From Haliotis rufescens (lineage: Eukaryota), in contig NW_025963779.1 in assembly GCF_023055435.1 (NCBI RefSeq), forward strand, positions 16,430,001 to 16,494,000: 64,000 nt of DNA, in the 5' to 3' direction. The notes under the pieces were generated by a model. That model saw only the letters and a list, made by a program, of their open reading frames with translations, was not told the origin of the DNA and ran no database searches. The first letter of the stretch is position 1; every line of letters begins with the position of its first letter. This document shows positions 1 to 12,420 of this stretch, one piece after another. The position numbers and the translations under genes were made by a program.

Positions 1-1448
1 AGGCTTGCTCATTCCAAAGTGGTTGTCACCTCGGTGACCTCCAAATCCATATATTCTTCCGACTTTGGTTCCAGTTTCACGCAGATGAAGACGAAGACCA
101 CGGCGACAGGTCTTCAAGACAGGTCTTCTCCTGTGTCCGTGCATTCTTGGACATGGGTGTTTGTGAAATCTGTTAAGGCCTTGGAGGTATCGCAAGCGAC
201 GCACGCGTCTTATAGTACGTCGACGATGAATTCTAAACGTAGGTCCTCTTCTGTGGCTTCTGCACATTTTGCCTCTCTGCATGTCACAGCCCGCTTCATT
301 GCATTTTGGCATCACTTCATTAATTTGACCACGCACTCAATACTTTTGGTTATTTCCGAGGTACATAGAAAGGGACTTCCTGGGAAACCTGTCGAATTCA
401 AAATTTGAAGCTTCATCTTCCGAGGTTTCCCTGTTGTCTCTTCCCTCCATCGTCCTCGACTGGCGACGTCGAATGTGGGGTCCGAATACTCTCTGCCATT
501 TGTTTCCATGCGTGGCTCTGTCATTGCTGTTCTTATCGTGTGACTCTGACACATCATCGCTTAATCTCACGCGACGGTTAGGACAACTCTAATATCTATG
601 GAGATTCTTTACATCACGTTTGTTAAGACATCATCCCTCATTCGAACGCTAACATCCAGGCATGTTTCCCGAGACATTCGTGCAACGTACACGACGACGC
701 TGACAGCTGGCAAAGCTGTTATCAGCGCAGTGGCTCTTGGTGTAATGTTCATCTTCAGTCTTATTATCTCGCCTGGACCATCCTCCAAAACAAGGCTCAT
801 TTGTACGACGCCACCTTTTCCCACTGACCGCATGGTGGCCCATGGTGCGTCTACCTGGTCCCTCTTGACCAGCTCGATCACTACAGGATGCTTGAAATCC
901 TCTGCAGCCAGCAAGGAAGGATTTCCTGGCTCCATGACATCCATAATACCAGAGAGGCATAGTGACACCTTCAGTACCCCTGGCGTATCTTGAAGCCCGG
1001 CCTGCTTGAATTGATCACAAATGTGGGTTCAAACAGAGATCGTCTTGTGAGGAATTACTACACTGATGCTCGAGACCTGTCATCATCCGCCTTCTCCAAG
1101 GTCTTCCACATTTCCTGGTAGTCTCATCACGCTTGAAGCGACCATCTTTTTGTATCACCCGTCTTCTCCAACGTTGCCCACAGGAATTCGAAGGAGACGT
1201 ACCATCACTGACATTCTCCTTCTGCAGGCAGTGACGTTCAACTTGCATCACTCGCCTTCCCCTACGTCCCCTACAATCGCTACCTGGAGACGTACAATCG
1301 CTTTCAGCCCCATCACGCTGACAGAGCCCGCCCAGTTCTCTCAGGCGTCGCGTCCCACAGACTCTCGTTGGGGTCACATGCTCCGTAGCTGTATCTTCAT
1401 CAGCTGTAGGGTTTGACCTGTGCCGACGACGACGATGACGCCAGCCGG
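1..1448 (-). pseudogene. Disabled paralogous copy of the large Arg-rich terminal exon of the minus-strand PB1 gene; runs off the left edge of the window
   Basis: Colinear, high-identity match to about 14369-15819. ORF pieces 1015..1581, 649..960 and 337..570 share one frame but end at stops (1015-1017 TGA, 649-651 TAG, 337-339 TGA) where the intact copy has sense codons. Homology ends abruptly at CCAGCCGG (1448), with no upstream exons. Confidence 0.8.
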
Positions 1449-2160
1449 GCATGATGATTGACACATTGTACAAAAACACGCCAACCCCGCCAGAGCCGCG
1501 CTTAGCTAATTTGTTAATACTTTTTCTGATGTTACCAAACCACTTGTAGTTATCTAAATGAAGTACATTATTCCCACGCAAGAAAGTTTCACATATACTA
1601 GTATATAGCTGTATTTTGTTATATTTTTACGAAAATTACTATTTTCGTGATCTAAAAGGTACCACTACAACACTAACGTAGCTTGTTTCAATTTTTGCCA
1701 ATCTGTCTTCAAACTGTATTAAGTTTGATTTAAATTCTGATCTAATATTGTCCATTTCAACCTCAACCGTGCTACTGATTAAGGAAGCAGTCTTCTCTGA
1801 CAATGATATTTCTAATCGCCTCTCTAAGCTGTCCATCCGATGGACGAAAGACTGATTCAAACTCGCGATCTCGGATTTCACAGTGTCAAACATGCGACGC
1901 ATTAAATCGAGAAGTTCGTCATCTCTTCTCACCTTTTATGTGAATCATTGAAACCTTGTTCTGTGAGAGGTCTCTTTCTTGAGTGTCCATCACAGGATCA
2001 CATCGTGCTAAGGGAGACGACTTGTGTTGTCTGGGCGGGTCACATTTTGAATCTCCGCCATTACGTTCTTCACGAAAGATTGACTTTCGTTCATCTCCAG
2101 GGCCACGTGGCAGAGCCGATCGTGCAGGAAAGGAGAACAAAACGTTGTGTGAGCCTTAAG
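1449..2160 (-). mobile_element. Decayed LINE fragment (ORF1-like coiled coil plus start of an APE-type endonuclease)
   Basis: Minus strand about 1449-1595 reads ETFLRGNNVLHLDNYKWFGNIRKS...RGSGGVGVFL, resembling the LINE endonuclease ETWL...RGGGV motifs. ORF 1639..1932 is a heptad-rich coiled coil typical of LINE ORF1. Confidence 0.6.
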
Positions 2161-2234
2161 AGCAAAGTATCGCAGGGTAAAATTGGGTTAAAACATTTTT
2201 GATATACTTAAATCGGAATGTTTTACCCGTAGCA

Positions 2235-3026
2235 GCATCATATAAAATGCACATGAATGTGTATGCCACTGTACCAAATAAATTAAAAATCAAGAACATA
2301 TTCTTTATCATTATGCTATTTAGACCCGATATTTTTACAAGCACACACATAGTTAATAAATCACTAGACTGGAAGTAATCAATTATCTTTTCCAAAATTA
2401 TTAGATCTATTTATGATTAATTTCATTGTGTAATAAGAAAACAAATGCCAAATAAATAGCTTTTCATATGAATAAAATCCAAGGCCAAATATCAGAACCA
2501 ATGACAGATCCTATTATTAGATACCATTATTACGGAACAAAAGTGTGTTTTTTTATAGTTATTTATACTGGACATACAATAATTCCTCTAAATCCATCAT
2601 TTTACAATGGGAGAAAACGGGACATAATCGGCGACATTTGCGTTATCAGATTTGCTAAAATAAACATGCTAACGGTATTTCATTGACGTGGTCGTTTAAT
2701 TCCATATATCATGTGTACGATTTCGTGACAATAGTGAGCTGACACGAAATATTAATCCCCCCACACTGTTGAAAATCGGATGTGTGTCATTGTTTACATT
2801 TCACAGATGTGACGGCCACTATGGAGTCTCGAAACAGCTTAAATAATGTTTTCCTTCACCAAAAGTAGCAATGGACGTTATTCTCATTGCAACAGCATTG
2901 ATGAAAATGCTAAGAAATTTTTTGACCTCCCGTTCTAGCGTATTTCTATAGTAAATACATGTTGTGTCCGCCATGTTTGTTTGTCTAGTGGAGGCGGCCA
3001 TTGTGCAGTCATTGCATGGGTCAGTG
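2235..3026. repeat. About 800-bp dispersed repeat, copy A (inverted relative to 24796-25578)
   Basis: For example GGAGTCTCGAAACAGCTTAAATAATGTTT near 2823 is the reverse complement of AAACATTATTTAAGCTGTTTCGAGACTCC near 24959. Colinear similarity extends over the whole span. Confidence 0.85.
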
Positions 3027-3224
3027 CATTCGTCACAACTCGCCTCTTTCCGTAATCTCGCTATTCGGCTTGTTCCGGAATAACATGGGTTGGTCACGAA
3101 TGGGGGGTCAGTGTTGCGCCAGCGCAGCATACCCGGGTAACCAGGCTGACGACTTATCTCCCTTTGCTTGAGGCGCCGATGAATCAGAGAGTGACTTGCA
3201 CACTCCGAGTTAAAACAGTGCACC

Positions 3225-6200
3225 ATGAACGGATTCCTGAGCGGCTTCGATTTGCATAAACGACTGTTTTGTGTCGCAGGTGGCGTCACAGCTGTTGCTG
3301 TATCAGTTGTCATCGTCAAGAAACTATGGCCTAGGTATGACTTTTTGTACAGCTTTATGATGAGCAGCTATATATAGAGTCTTTTCGCTGTTGACATTAA
3401 TATCACTATTCATTATAGTGTGCTCAGTCATGCTTGTTGAACATGGCGGTTGGGTGGGCAGGAGGGATGTGGCTGCTTAGCTCTGTGATCTCGACCCCCA
3501 CCCTGTTGTAACGGTTATATAATACGTAGCATGGGCGTATACAGCTGCTTTTTTTAAGGGGGGGGGGGGGGGGGGGGGGTCGAACTGACGAAACGCCCAT
3601 AAAATACTTTGTACGACTTAAGCACATCACCCGAGCATCCTGGTCGAGACCATATGATATTGTCTCTGCCCTAGTGTACTATGCTGAGAGGTGTCTTAGA
3701 CTTGACATATATTAGTGTGTGGTCAGGGAATAAGGGGAAAGTCACTAGAAATAAACTACGGGACACAATTTGCGACTGGTGATGTATTATAGGGGCGGAA
3801 GGGCCGTTTGGGTTGGGGTCTGTATCATGTTTCGCAGACACCACCCCCATTTTATGTAATATGTTTACACCCCCCTGAAAAAACAATAACATGTTAACAT
3901 GCCCCCGTTCCCAAACTAAAACGCACGCACGCACGCACGCACGCACGCACACACGCACGCACACACACGCACACAGACATTGTATTGAATATTCGAAATT
4001 TATTTACGGGGCACGGGTGCCGCGATTCGCTGTGCAGAGTTGCGTCCCTTGGGCACGCTAGAAACCTATGATTGTGGGTTCGAATCCCGGTTCACCCCGA
4101 TTATTTTCTAGGTTTGTCAGCACCATACTCATGCTCGTCGGTTTCACCGAACTGGTAAACGTCTGAGACCTGCATCTCTTCGGGCTTTCCTCCCACACGA
4201 AGCTGACACGCCGTGATATAACTGGAACACTGTTAAAAGCGGCGTTAAACCCAACTCACTCACTCACTCGAAATTTATTTATTGATTTAAAGACCAAATA
4301 TCCATTGTACATGATATCATACGATGTTTATTGCTGTTTCAGAAAGAAGACGACCTACCCCCGTGACACTGTCATTCTCCACCAGATAGGGAGGGGACCC
4401 TACGCCCCAAGTTTATCTCCGTATATCGTCAAACTTGAGACATACCTCAGGATGGCAAAAATACCTTATCAGGTGAGCAATTCCAAAGGCACACTGCAGG
4501 GCTAGCTTAAATGAATATCATAAGATGCTTACATGTGAGACAAATGATGATTGCGCATGCGTGAGTGAAGATTTGAAAAGAGTAAACTAGTTCCACTGTT
4601 GGTTCTCCAAGCAAGTTTAGCGCATTTAGCTTTTAGCGTTTAGGTGCTCGTTTATCTGGACATGAGCCCAGTGCTTGACGGTGAAACTTATTATATCGGT
4701 GTTGTATCGGAGCTTTACTGACGAAACTAACGGAGAGTTTTAAAGATGAAAAGAATCATTAACAGTTGAAGGGGTGTTTGTTTGAGACATATATTGTTTT
4801 CCCTACACACCATAATTTTCAAAACATCAACGATGTGCAGTGAACCACTTTTTTATGTATGTATGTATGTATGTATGTATGTATGTATGTATGTATGTAT
4901 GTATGTATGTATGTGTGTAGGTAGGTGTGAAATCTGTTCAAATGTGGTACCACACAAGTCTCTAAGATCTACCAAACATTGTAGTTTAATCAGCCAGTCA
5001 CTACAATATCTTGTATTCTAGGTTAGTCATGGAATGACTCCATCTCCGAAAGGAAAATGGCCTTGGATCGAATACAACGGGGAAGTTGTGGCCGACTCTG
5101 AACTATGCATTGACTTCCTGAACAAGAAGTTCAGCATAAATTTGAACAATCATCTAACGCCATTTGAGAGAGCCGTGGCCTTGACCGCGAGGATCACGAT
5201 GGAGGAACATGCCATCTTGTAAGTGGACCAGGGAGATCCAGTGATGAATGAGTGAGTGAGTGAGTTTGGTTTTACGTCGCTTTTAGCAATATTCCAGCAA
5301 TATCACGCGTTAACCACTAGGCTACCCGACCACCCCTTACAGTGATGAAGGCACGGATGCGACAGTGTTTAAGTCATATGACGGCGTGTCAGCTCAATGT
5401 TGGTGGAAATCACAAAGTAATGCAGGTTTATCACTTTTGTGAAATCCATTGTCACAAACCAAGAATCATCAGGGCGAATCTGGGATTTGACCCCATGATT
5501 ATATGGAAGCTGGTACCTTTCAAGACCCGTGGAGATCCGGGGTAGAATAGGTCTTCAGAAACCCATGCTTGCGCGTAAGAGGCGACTATGCTTTCCGAAT
5601 CGGGTGGTCAGGCTCGCTGACTTGGTTGATGCATGTTATTTCATCCCAATTGCGTGGATCGATGCATATGATGTCAATCACTGGATTGTATTGTCCAGAC
5701 TCGATTAATTACAGACCGCCGTCATACAGTTGGAATACTGTTGAATGCGGCTTTAGAAAACAACCAAACAAACAAATAGAGAGAAAACTCGATGAACGAA
5801 TGGACCACCCTTGCTTCAACTAAGATGCAGTTTAGAACACCTACAAGTATTACATTCATCATCACAACCTCGTATCCAATGTGGGGCGGTCGGGTAGCCT
5901 AGTGGTTAAAGCCTACGCTCGTCACGCCGAAGACCTGGGTTCGATTCCCGACATGGGTACAACGTGTGAAGCCCATTTCTGGTATCCCCCGCCGTGATAT
6001 TGCTGGAATATTGCTAAAAGCGGCGTAAAACCTCACTCACTCACTCACTCGTATCCAGTGTGTTATGTCTCCATTTTATTTAAGAATTGAACGTCAGTTT
6101 GAACTCGCAAGCTCGGAGTTTCACACAGTTTAACCAGCGCTTTTAAATCGTTCATCAAATGAACCCATCCAAACTGACGTTCAATTCTTATAATTTCATA

Positions 6201-9200
6201 TTTTGTAGTTTACTGGTCTCGCCGAATAATATCGTATCAATGTTTGCTTTTATTTGAAGTCCTCTGGTTTCGCCGAAGAACATTGCAACAATGTTATTTT
6301 GTCGGTATTTGCCGGCTCTCGGTCACATACGTTTCCCCACGCATACTCAGTTACGCAAAGAAAAATAGTTCTTTGAATATATACAATATAACCTAAAAAT
6401 ATGTCAACATAATTTCATTCTCTGAACAAATTAACAAACAATATTTGTGATAAATCAAATCTTAAAAATAGGTTACATGAAAGTGAACAAAAATATAAAC
6501 ATGACCTCGATGCACCGAGGCGATGTCAACCTTCAAGCGCGGGTTTATATATGACGTCACATAAGTTTGTAAAGAGGTGCATTTCGAGTCAAACGGGAGC
6601 ATGAGGATGAATTTATACTTACTGCTGTTGAAAATGAAGTTTAGGGAGCAGTTATGGAAAACACCCCGACGCGTGAACCCTCTTATGGCACTAGCAAATT
6701 TGGAATATCACCGATTTATGAATGTGTTGCTTGTGTTTGGATAATCGCAAACCAACTCGGACGATGTGGAATGGACTGGTGGGGATTGAACGGAGTGCTC
6801 TGAAACTGGTGTGTTTTGTGTTAATTTTAAACAGGGTTAATCAGGGTGTGTTATATTTGGAGTTTTGGATTTGTCGTGTGTGCTGTAATACTTTGCTTAG
6901 CTGGTGTTTCTTGTCACCTGAGATGGACCGACTGTATGACCTGATGCCAGCTTCATTACTGTGCCCCGTCACTCCTCATTTGTGCCACCGCTTCTCGGCC
7001 TAGAATGCACGGAGAAGGTCGGCCAACTCAGAAACCGGAATAGTAGGTTTCTAATTCCGTCTACGGATATTTTCTCGACTCCGATGACCAATCGGTAAAA
7101 CAGGTAGGCAAGTTGTTTTTTTTGTTTTTTTAATTTAAGTTTCTTTACTTACCTTTTTATGTTTTATGGTTTCTCAAAATCTTAGACTTTCTTTCCCGAT
7201 ACGTTAGTGAATCGGGTTTGGGTTTTGGATTGATCAGGAGCAGTCGCTTTGATCTTTGTCAGCGGCCACACCTGAGCAGGGTACAACATTGTTTTCATTG
7301 GTGCTAGATTCCTGTCATTTCCGAAAACAAGACACCAAAGTCAATATCGCTCAATAAATCAATTTCGTTCACCTAATCAATTTTACAGAATTCATTTTCT
7401 TCACGTGCGTTATTGGTATTGCAAGATCGCCATTCCATATCCACATCACCGTAGGGACAATCCATTTGGAACCAAAGCATTTATTTATTTATAAGTCAGA
7501 TGAAATGTTACAAGACCAGGCAAACATACTAAATTAATTATATTGCTAATAAATGCAGGGATTAAAAAGAACATAGGAAATTACGTTGATCGTAAACACC
7601 GATCGAGAATTCGGGGAAACCCCGGAAAGTAGTTCACAGTCACAAATACAACCAGGAACGTCTTCGAGCAAAGAAGCACCCCTCTTAAAACTCAGGAATG
7701 TTTTTTTCAAGCTAATAGCTCAAGTATGTAAAGGCCTTTAGATTCGAGTAAAGTACATCTAGCTCTTACGGCTGCGATTCTGAATGATGACCTATGAAGA
7801 GCTCGCGTTCAGGAGAGGCATTGGTTGTTGATAACAAGTCCATGAACGCGAGAATTTCTAGGACAAGAGAGATGGAGCTGTTGATGTCACTTCCGGGACG
7901 GCGAATGTGTCCAGAGTGTATAAATATCAATAGAATGGAACTATATATATATATATATACTATACAGTCAAGGTTGATATTTTGTTTGCCTCAATGTCTA
8001 CATTTTCAGGTGTCACGCCATGTTTCGTTACGTGTATGATCCCGAGGTTGCAGTCATTAGAAAGGCCTTCAATATCGGTAAACTGTTGTTGTGGATCTAC
8101 AAGAGAAAAGCTCGTGCTGCCTTGTACACTGCAGGGATAGGGCGGCACACCAAAGAGGAGGTTGCTCTCTTTCTGGAGCGTGATCTTCAGGCTGTATCAG
8201 ATATCTTAGGTTCGTAATGATCTTTGTCTCTTTATTTCCCCTACTTTGTTTACCTTGTGTTTGTTTCCGATCTCAGAACAGGTATATGATAACATAAGTT
8301 GTTTGCTAAATATGTGTCGTTGGCAAAATATTTAATTTTGGAGGAATTTCATTATGACATTCGACATACAGTACACATAGTTTTCGCCTTCAATTGTGTG
8401 ATTCGGTATTTCTAGCGTTTCTCAGAACTGTCTGGGTTTATGAAGCTGAAGGTGGTTTGTGTGATTCAAGCAATGGTGTCTCTAAAACCGCTCACCAACT
8501 TCACATCCATTTTTAAACAAGGCCGCTATGGTAATGTTTTTAACTGGTATGCTTGTCATTTATAAAAGGATGGGCAAATTATTGGATGAGAGGCCAAAAA
8601 AAGTATTTTAGCACTCGTATTTGAGCAGGAGTGATGTCCCCTTGATTATATTTATGTATTGATGTCCCCGACAGTAAATCGTCCGGATTAAGGGTTGGTA
8701 CGGAGTACAACTGTATGGTGGCCTCACTACTCGCTAAAGTCATGCTTGAAGTAAACTTTGACCCCAATTCTCTTGTTCCTAAACGCAACAAATCAACACA
8801 ACCTGATGAACACTGTAACATCAACACATTAACATGGTATAACCACCTCTTTCACTCACCGAATGAACATTTGTCCTTGTGATCAAAACTTGAATTCTCA
8901 TGTGATGTTTCCATTCTTATGCGATTCTATTTCCGAAAGGGAGTCTGGTTTAGTTAAAGATAAACTCAGAGGCGGGTTCAGTGGTTTGGGAAAGGGTGGA
9001 GGCACACTATGTCCAAGTCAAAGGGAGGGGAAGAGGGCGTGGTACCCCGCCGCACCCCATCCATCATTGCCACATGTTTCTCAATGTCGGCTCCCGTCTG
9101 ACCAGTGTAATTAATTCCTTGTGTGATCAGATATTGCCCACATGTAGTGCTAGATTAAAATACATCAAGTAAGAGACAAACACAGAAGCTCTTTAATGCC

Positions 9201-10883
9201 TTGAATCATAATGCCTGAGGATGCCAAATGGTCAGAGCCGTTTGCCCCTTAAGGAGTTATTTCCAGAGATGAGATATATATGGAACCCTTATTAATCCGG
9301 ACTGCGTTTTTCCGAAAACCCCGCAATCCGGACAACCTTTTTTATGAACGTCTATGAGTAATCATAATGACACTACTCCGCTCCCACTCGTTAATCCGAA
9401 AAAGTATTAATCCAGACGATTTCCTTCGGAACTGAACCGTCCGGATTGTCGCGGTTTCACTGTATGTGAACCTTTCACTGTGTATCGACTTTCATGTTTC
9501 AGGACAGAAGAAATTCTTGATGGGCGACAAACCATGTGAGGCAGATTGTGCTGTGTTTGGTCAGCTTAGTCAGTTACACTGGCATGCCGTTGGAAACGAA
9601 CTGGAGACCATACTCAAAGGTTGTACTTTTGATTACCACTCAACGACCCAAACCCGTTTGGTAAAGATTTTCAATTTAGCTACAAGAATGCCAGCAGATA
9701 TGTAGATTAGCATAGGAAGATCCGGGATCGGGTGGTCAGGCTCGCTGACCTGATTAGTGCGTGTCATCGTATCCCAATCGCTTGGATCGATGCTCATGAT
9801 GTCAATCACTGGATTGTCTGGCCCAGACTCGATTAAAACGAGTGCGGCGTTAAACAACAAGCAAACAAACAAAACATAGGAACGAAATTATTTTTTTCAC
9901 TTATTGTTCAGAGAAACCATCCACAAATCTGTTTCTTTCATTTTTTCTCTCTGGCTATTCTTGAAAGAGATAACATTTGAAAATAATTAGCAATGTTACT
10001 TCCTTAGGGATTCCGGAAAACATTAGGTCCCTTGTAACCTTCTTGTATGCTTGTCGTACTAGGAGACTAAACGGGTTATTGGTCCGAAGCAGTCAATGCT
10101 GGTCGGAAGAACTGACTTAGTGTGTAGATGGTCAAGCTCTGTGACTTGGTTGGTTGCGTGTCACGATGACGTGAAGGATATTTAAAAAGACATAAAGACA
10201 ATAGTCCTAATTAAAATTACGTTAAAAGCTGTCTTACGAAAAAGTTACGTTTTATTATAAAAAAGAGACTTAGCATTTTCAAGGCCAACGCATCTCAAGC
10301 AAACGTCTAAGACCTCTTTGGTCCTCCTCCAATATTAAGTTGAGACACCGTCATATAACTGAAATAACTATATTCAACTAATCCGCTGCCGAATTTCAGA
10401 TGGTCGATGGTATATTTCATTTCGACGTGATCTTCTGTTGATCCGTAAGGTCACAAAAAGATCATCACTTTGAGCATTCTTTTCTCTCGAAGCTGACTGA
10501 TCAAAGCGTGTTAAAGTTGGCTCATGCCAAATTCCCACAACAAGGCATTCTTTGATATTGTTTGGGTCATAGATTCTTCCACCCGGAAGTCCTTGATTTG
10601 CGAAATGCTTTCAATCAAGATGATATTTTGGTAGTTTTAAGATGGTATATCTTGCAGAAACGGAATTCCGTAATGACACATGCGTGTATGTAGGCCACGT
10701 GTACCAAAGCGTTACAACCTTTGGGTGTCGATCAATGGCTTCCTATATATCCAACTGACACACGTTTCAATTTCAGACAAGTTTCCATCCCTGGCCGCCT
10801 ACTGTGAAAGGGTGAAGGCGGCGTATTGGCCGGACTGGGACGACTGTACGACAAGAGGATTCACTGCCAAAGCCACGAAATAA
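3225..10883 (+). CDS. FAXC: Failed axon connections homolog (metaxin-like GST-fold protein with N-terminal membrane anchor), 6 exons, about 286 aa
   Basis: Exons 3225-3334, 4343-4472, 5022-5218, 8010-8209, 9503-9619 and 10777-10883. All introns are GT-AG with consistent phases (2,0,2,1,1). Start context is CACCATG, followed by the hydrophobic stretch LFCVAGGVTAVAVSVVIV. Family motifs: SLSPYIVKLETYLRMAKIPY, SPKGKWPWIEYNG..VADS, KKFLMGDKPCEADCAVFGQL, YCERVKAAYWPDWD. Confidence 0.92.
4008..4267 (+). mobile_element. tRNA-derived SINE, family C (GGGGCACGGGT head, (CTCA)n tail) with 14-bp target-site duplication
   Basis: B-box GGTTCGAATCC. Flanked by TCGAAATTTATTTA at 3993-4006 and 4268-4281. Homologous to 41379-41662. 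Confidence 0.85.
4855..4914 (+). repeat. (GTAT)n microsatellite in FAXC intron 2
   Basis: Direct reading of the sequence. Confidence 0.95.
5526..5775 (+). mobile_element. Dispersed SINE-like repeat, family D (ATCGGGTGGTCAGGCTCGCTGAC core, (AAAC)n tail)
   Basis: The same core recurs at about 9715-9872 (+), 19285-19510 (+), 30187-30445 (-) and 35725-35862 (+). Partial copies lie at 56875-56990 (+) and 57670-57785 (-). Confidence 0.8.
5883..6047 (+). mobile_element. tRNA-derived SINE, family A (Asp-like GTC anticodon region, (CTCA)n tail)
   Basis: A-box TAGCCTAGTGG and B-box GGTTCGATTCC. Target-site duplication CTCGTATCCA(A/G)TGT at 5869-5882 and 6048-6061. Near-identical to 27703-27877. Confidence 0.9.
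6081..6190. repeat. 110-bp element bounded by perfect 21-bp inverted repeats (MITE-like)
   Basis: TAAGAATTGAACGTCAGTTTG (6081-6101) is the exact reverse complement of 6170-6190. Confidence 0.75.
9715..9872 (+). mobile_element. Family D SINE-like repeat
   Basis: Matches the 5526-5775 core and AAAC tail. Confidence 0.75.
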
Positions 10884-12237
10884 CGGTACAGCAAGGAAAA
10901 CATGTACTTCTGGCCCGAACCTAATAGATCAGGTTTCATAAACATTTGTCCATTGTATAAAGAGCTATGAAAGAAACCCAAAAGAAATATTGGATAACGG
11001 TACTTTCGAATCATTTTCGAATCCGATGTGTGAAAAGCGAACAACTGTTGTAGAAAACTTAATGAAATTCTGTAAAAAAAGTATTATTATTTTTATAAAA
11101 TTAGAGACAAATTGCTCATTTACAGCTGTACTTCCTTTGCCTTTTCATGTTTTTTTGTGTGTTAAAACTGTATGTTGGTCAGTGGCCTTGAATACAATAC
11201 TCATAATTGAATTAAATTAAAAATCATCTGCTCCGACAAATAGTATTACTGACCTAATACTCTAATGAAGATTTTGTGACAGGAGGCATGAGTGGTCTCG
11301 TCATCTATGGTGTGCCTGACATCTGTGATCATGGGTTTGATTCTTAGGTTTACCCTGATTCTGTTTCTAGATTTGTCAGCACCACACCCGTGATCCTCGG
11401 TCCCTCCAAAGTGGTAAACGTCTAAGACCTGCACCACTTCGGATTTTCCTCCCACATCAAGCTGACACGCAAGGTGGTTATTGTAACCGAAACACTGCCC
11501 ATATCGGCGATACATTTTGTGATAAAGTGTTGCGCTATTGCCAAATGATTATGAAAAGGCATGCAATTGTTTCTCCTCTTGTTTGTTTGTTTGTTTGTTG
11601 TTTAACGCAGCACTCGGCAATATATTTACCCTGAAGATTCGGGTTGGAATGGGTTAGTTTTTCAACAGCCCATGCTTGCCGTAAAAAGAGACAATGCTTG
11701 TCGTAACAAACAAACAAACAATCCAATGATTAACATCATGAGCATCGATTCTGCTCTAGAATCTGAAATAAATGATGTATAATAGGCTTTATATCTGAAC
11801 ATGCGCAGTAGATATTTTTGTTTGATGATTTATTGTTGTTGTCACATAAAAAACCAAGTGTTCTACTTTTGTTCCTAATAAGTGATTTAGGACTTTTTGA
11901 GGCATATAATTGTTTTCAAAATCATTGAAACATCTTTTTCGATAACGCTTTCAACGCCTGTGATTAACTAGAGGCATATAATTGGTTTCAAAATCATTTT
12001 CGATAACGCTTTTGACGTTGTTATTTCTTCATCAATAGAAAAATTCATAATAATGTAGTGTTTATGCTATGTTTTTAATATGTGAAGTTCTGATTTTACG
12101 GCAGAATGGGATGTAGCCAGATGCTTATATGTACCTGCTTGTATCCTTTGTCATGTGCATGTTGATTAAAGTAATTTCACGCAAATACCTACTACGTTTA
12201 CCCGATGTCTACCTTCGTGACTTGTGTACGACATCTT

Positions 12238-12420
12238 GTGAGTAAGTGAGTGAGTGAGTGTGAGTGAGTGTGGTTTAACGCCGTTGTCAACACTATTCCA
12301 GCAATAGCACGGTGGAGGACGTCAGCAGAAATGGGCTTCACACAATGTACCCTTGTGAGGAATCGAAACCGGGCCTTCGGTGTGACGAGAGAACGCTTGA
12401 ACCACCAGACTAACCCACCG
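12238..12420 (-). mobile_element. Family A SINE, diverged
   Basis: (TGAG)n tail followed by the reverse complement of the family A body. Confidence 0.75.

Noticed and set aside
598-993. Antisense 131-aa ORF also present at 14982..15377
   Set aside because: Its persistence is explained by the high nucleotide identity of the duplicated exon. It has no splice or promoter support and no recognisable domain.
5883-5960. tRNA genes at SINE heads (also 27703, 41379, 55408)
   Set aside because: Each continues into a shared body and simple-repeat tail, mostly with target-site duplications, so these are SINEs rather than tRNAs.
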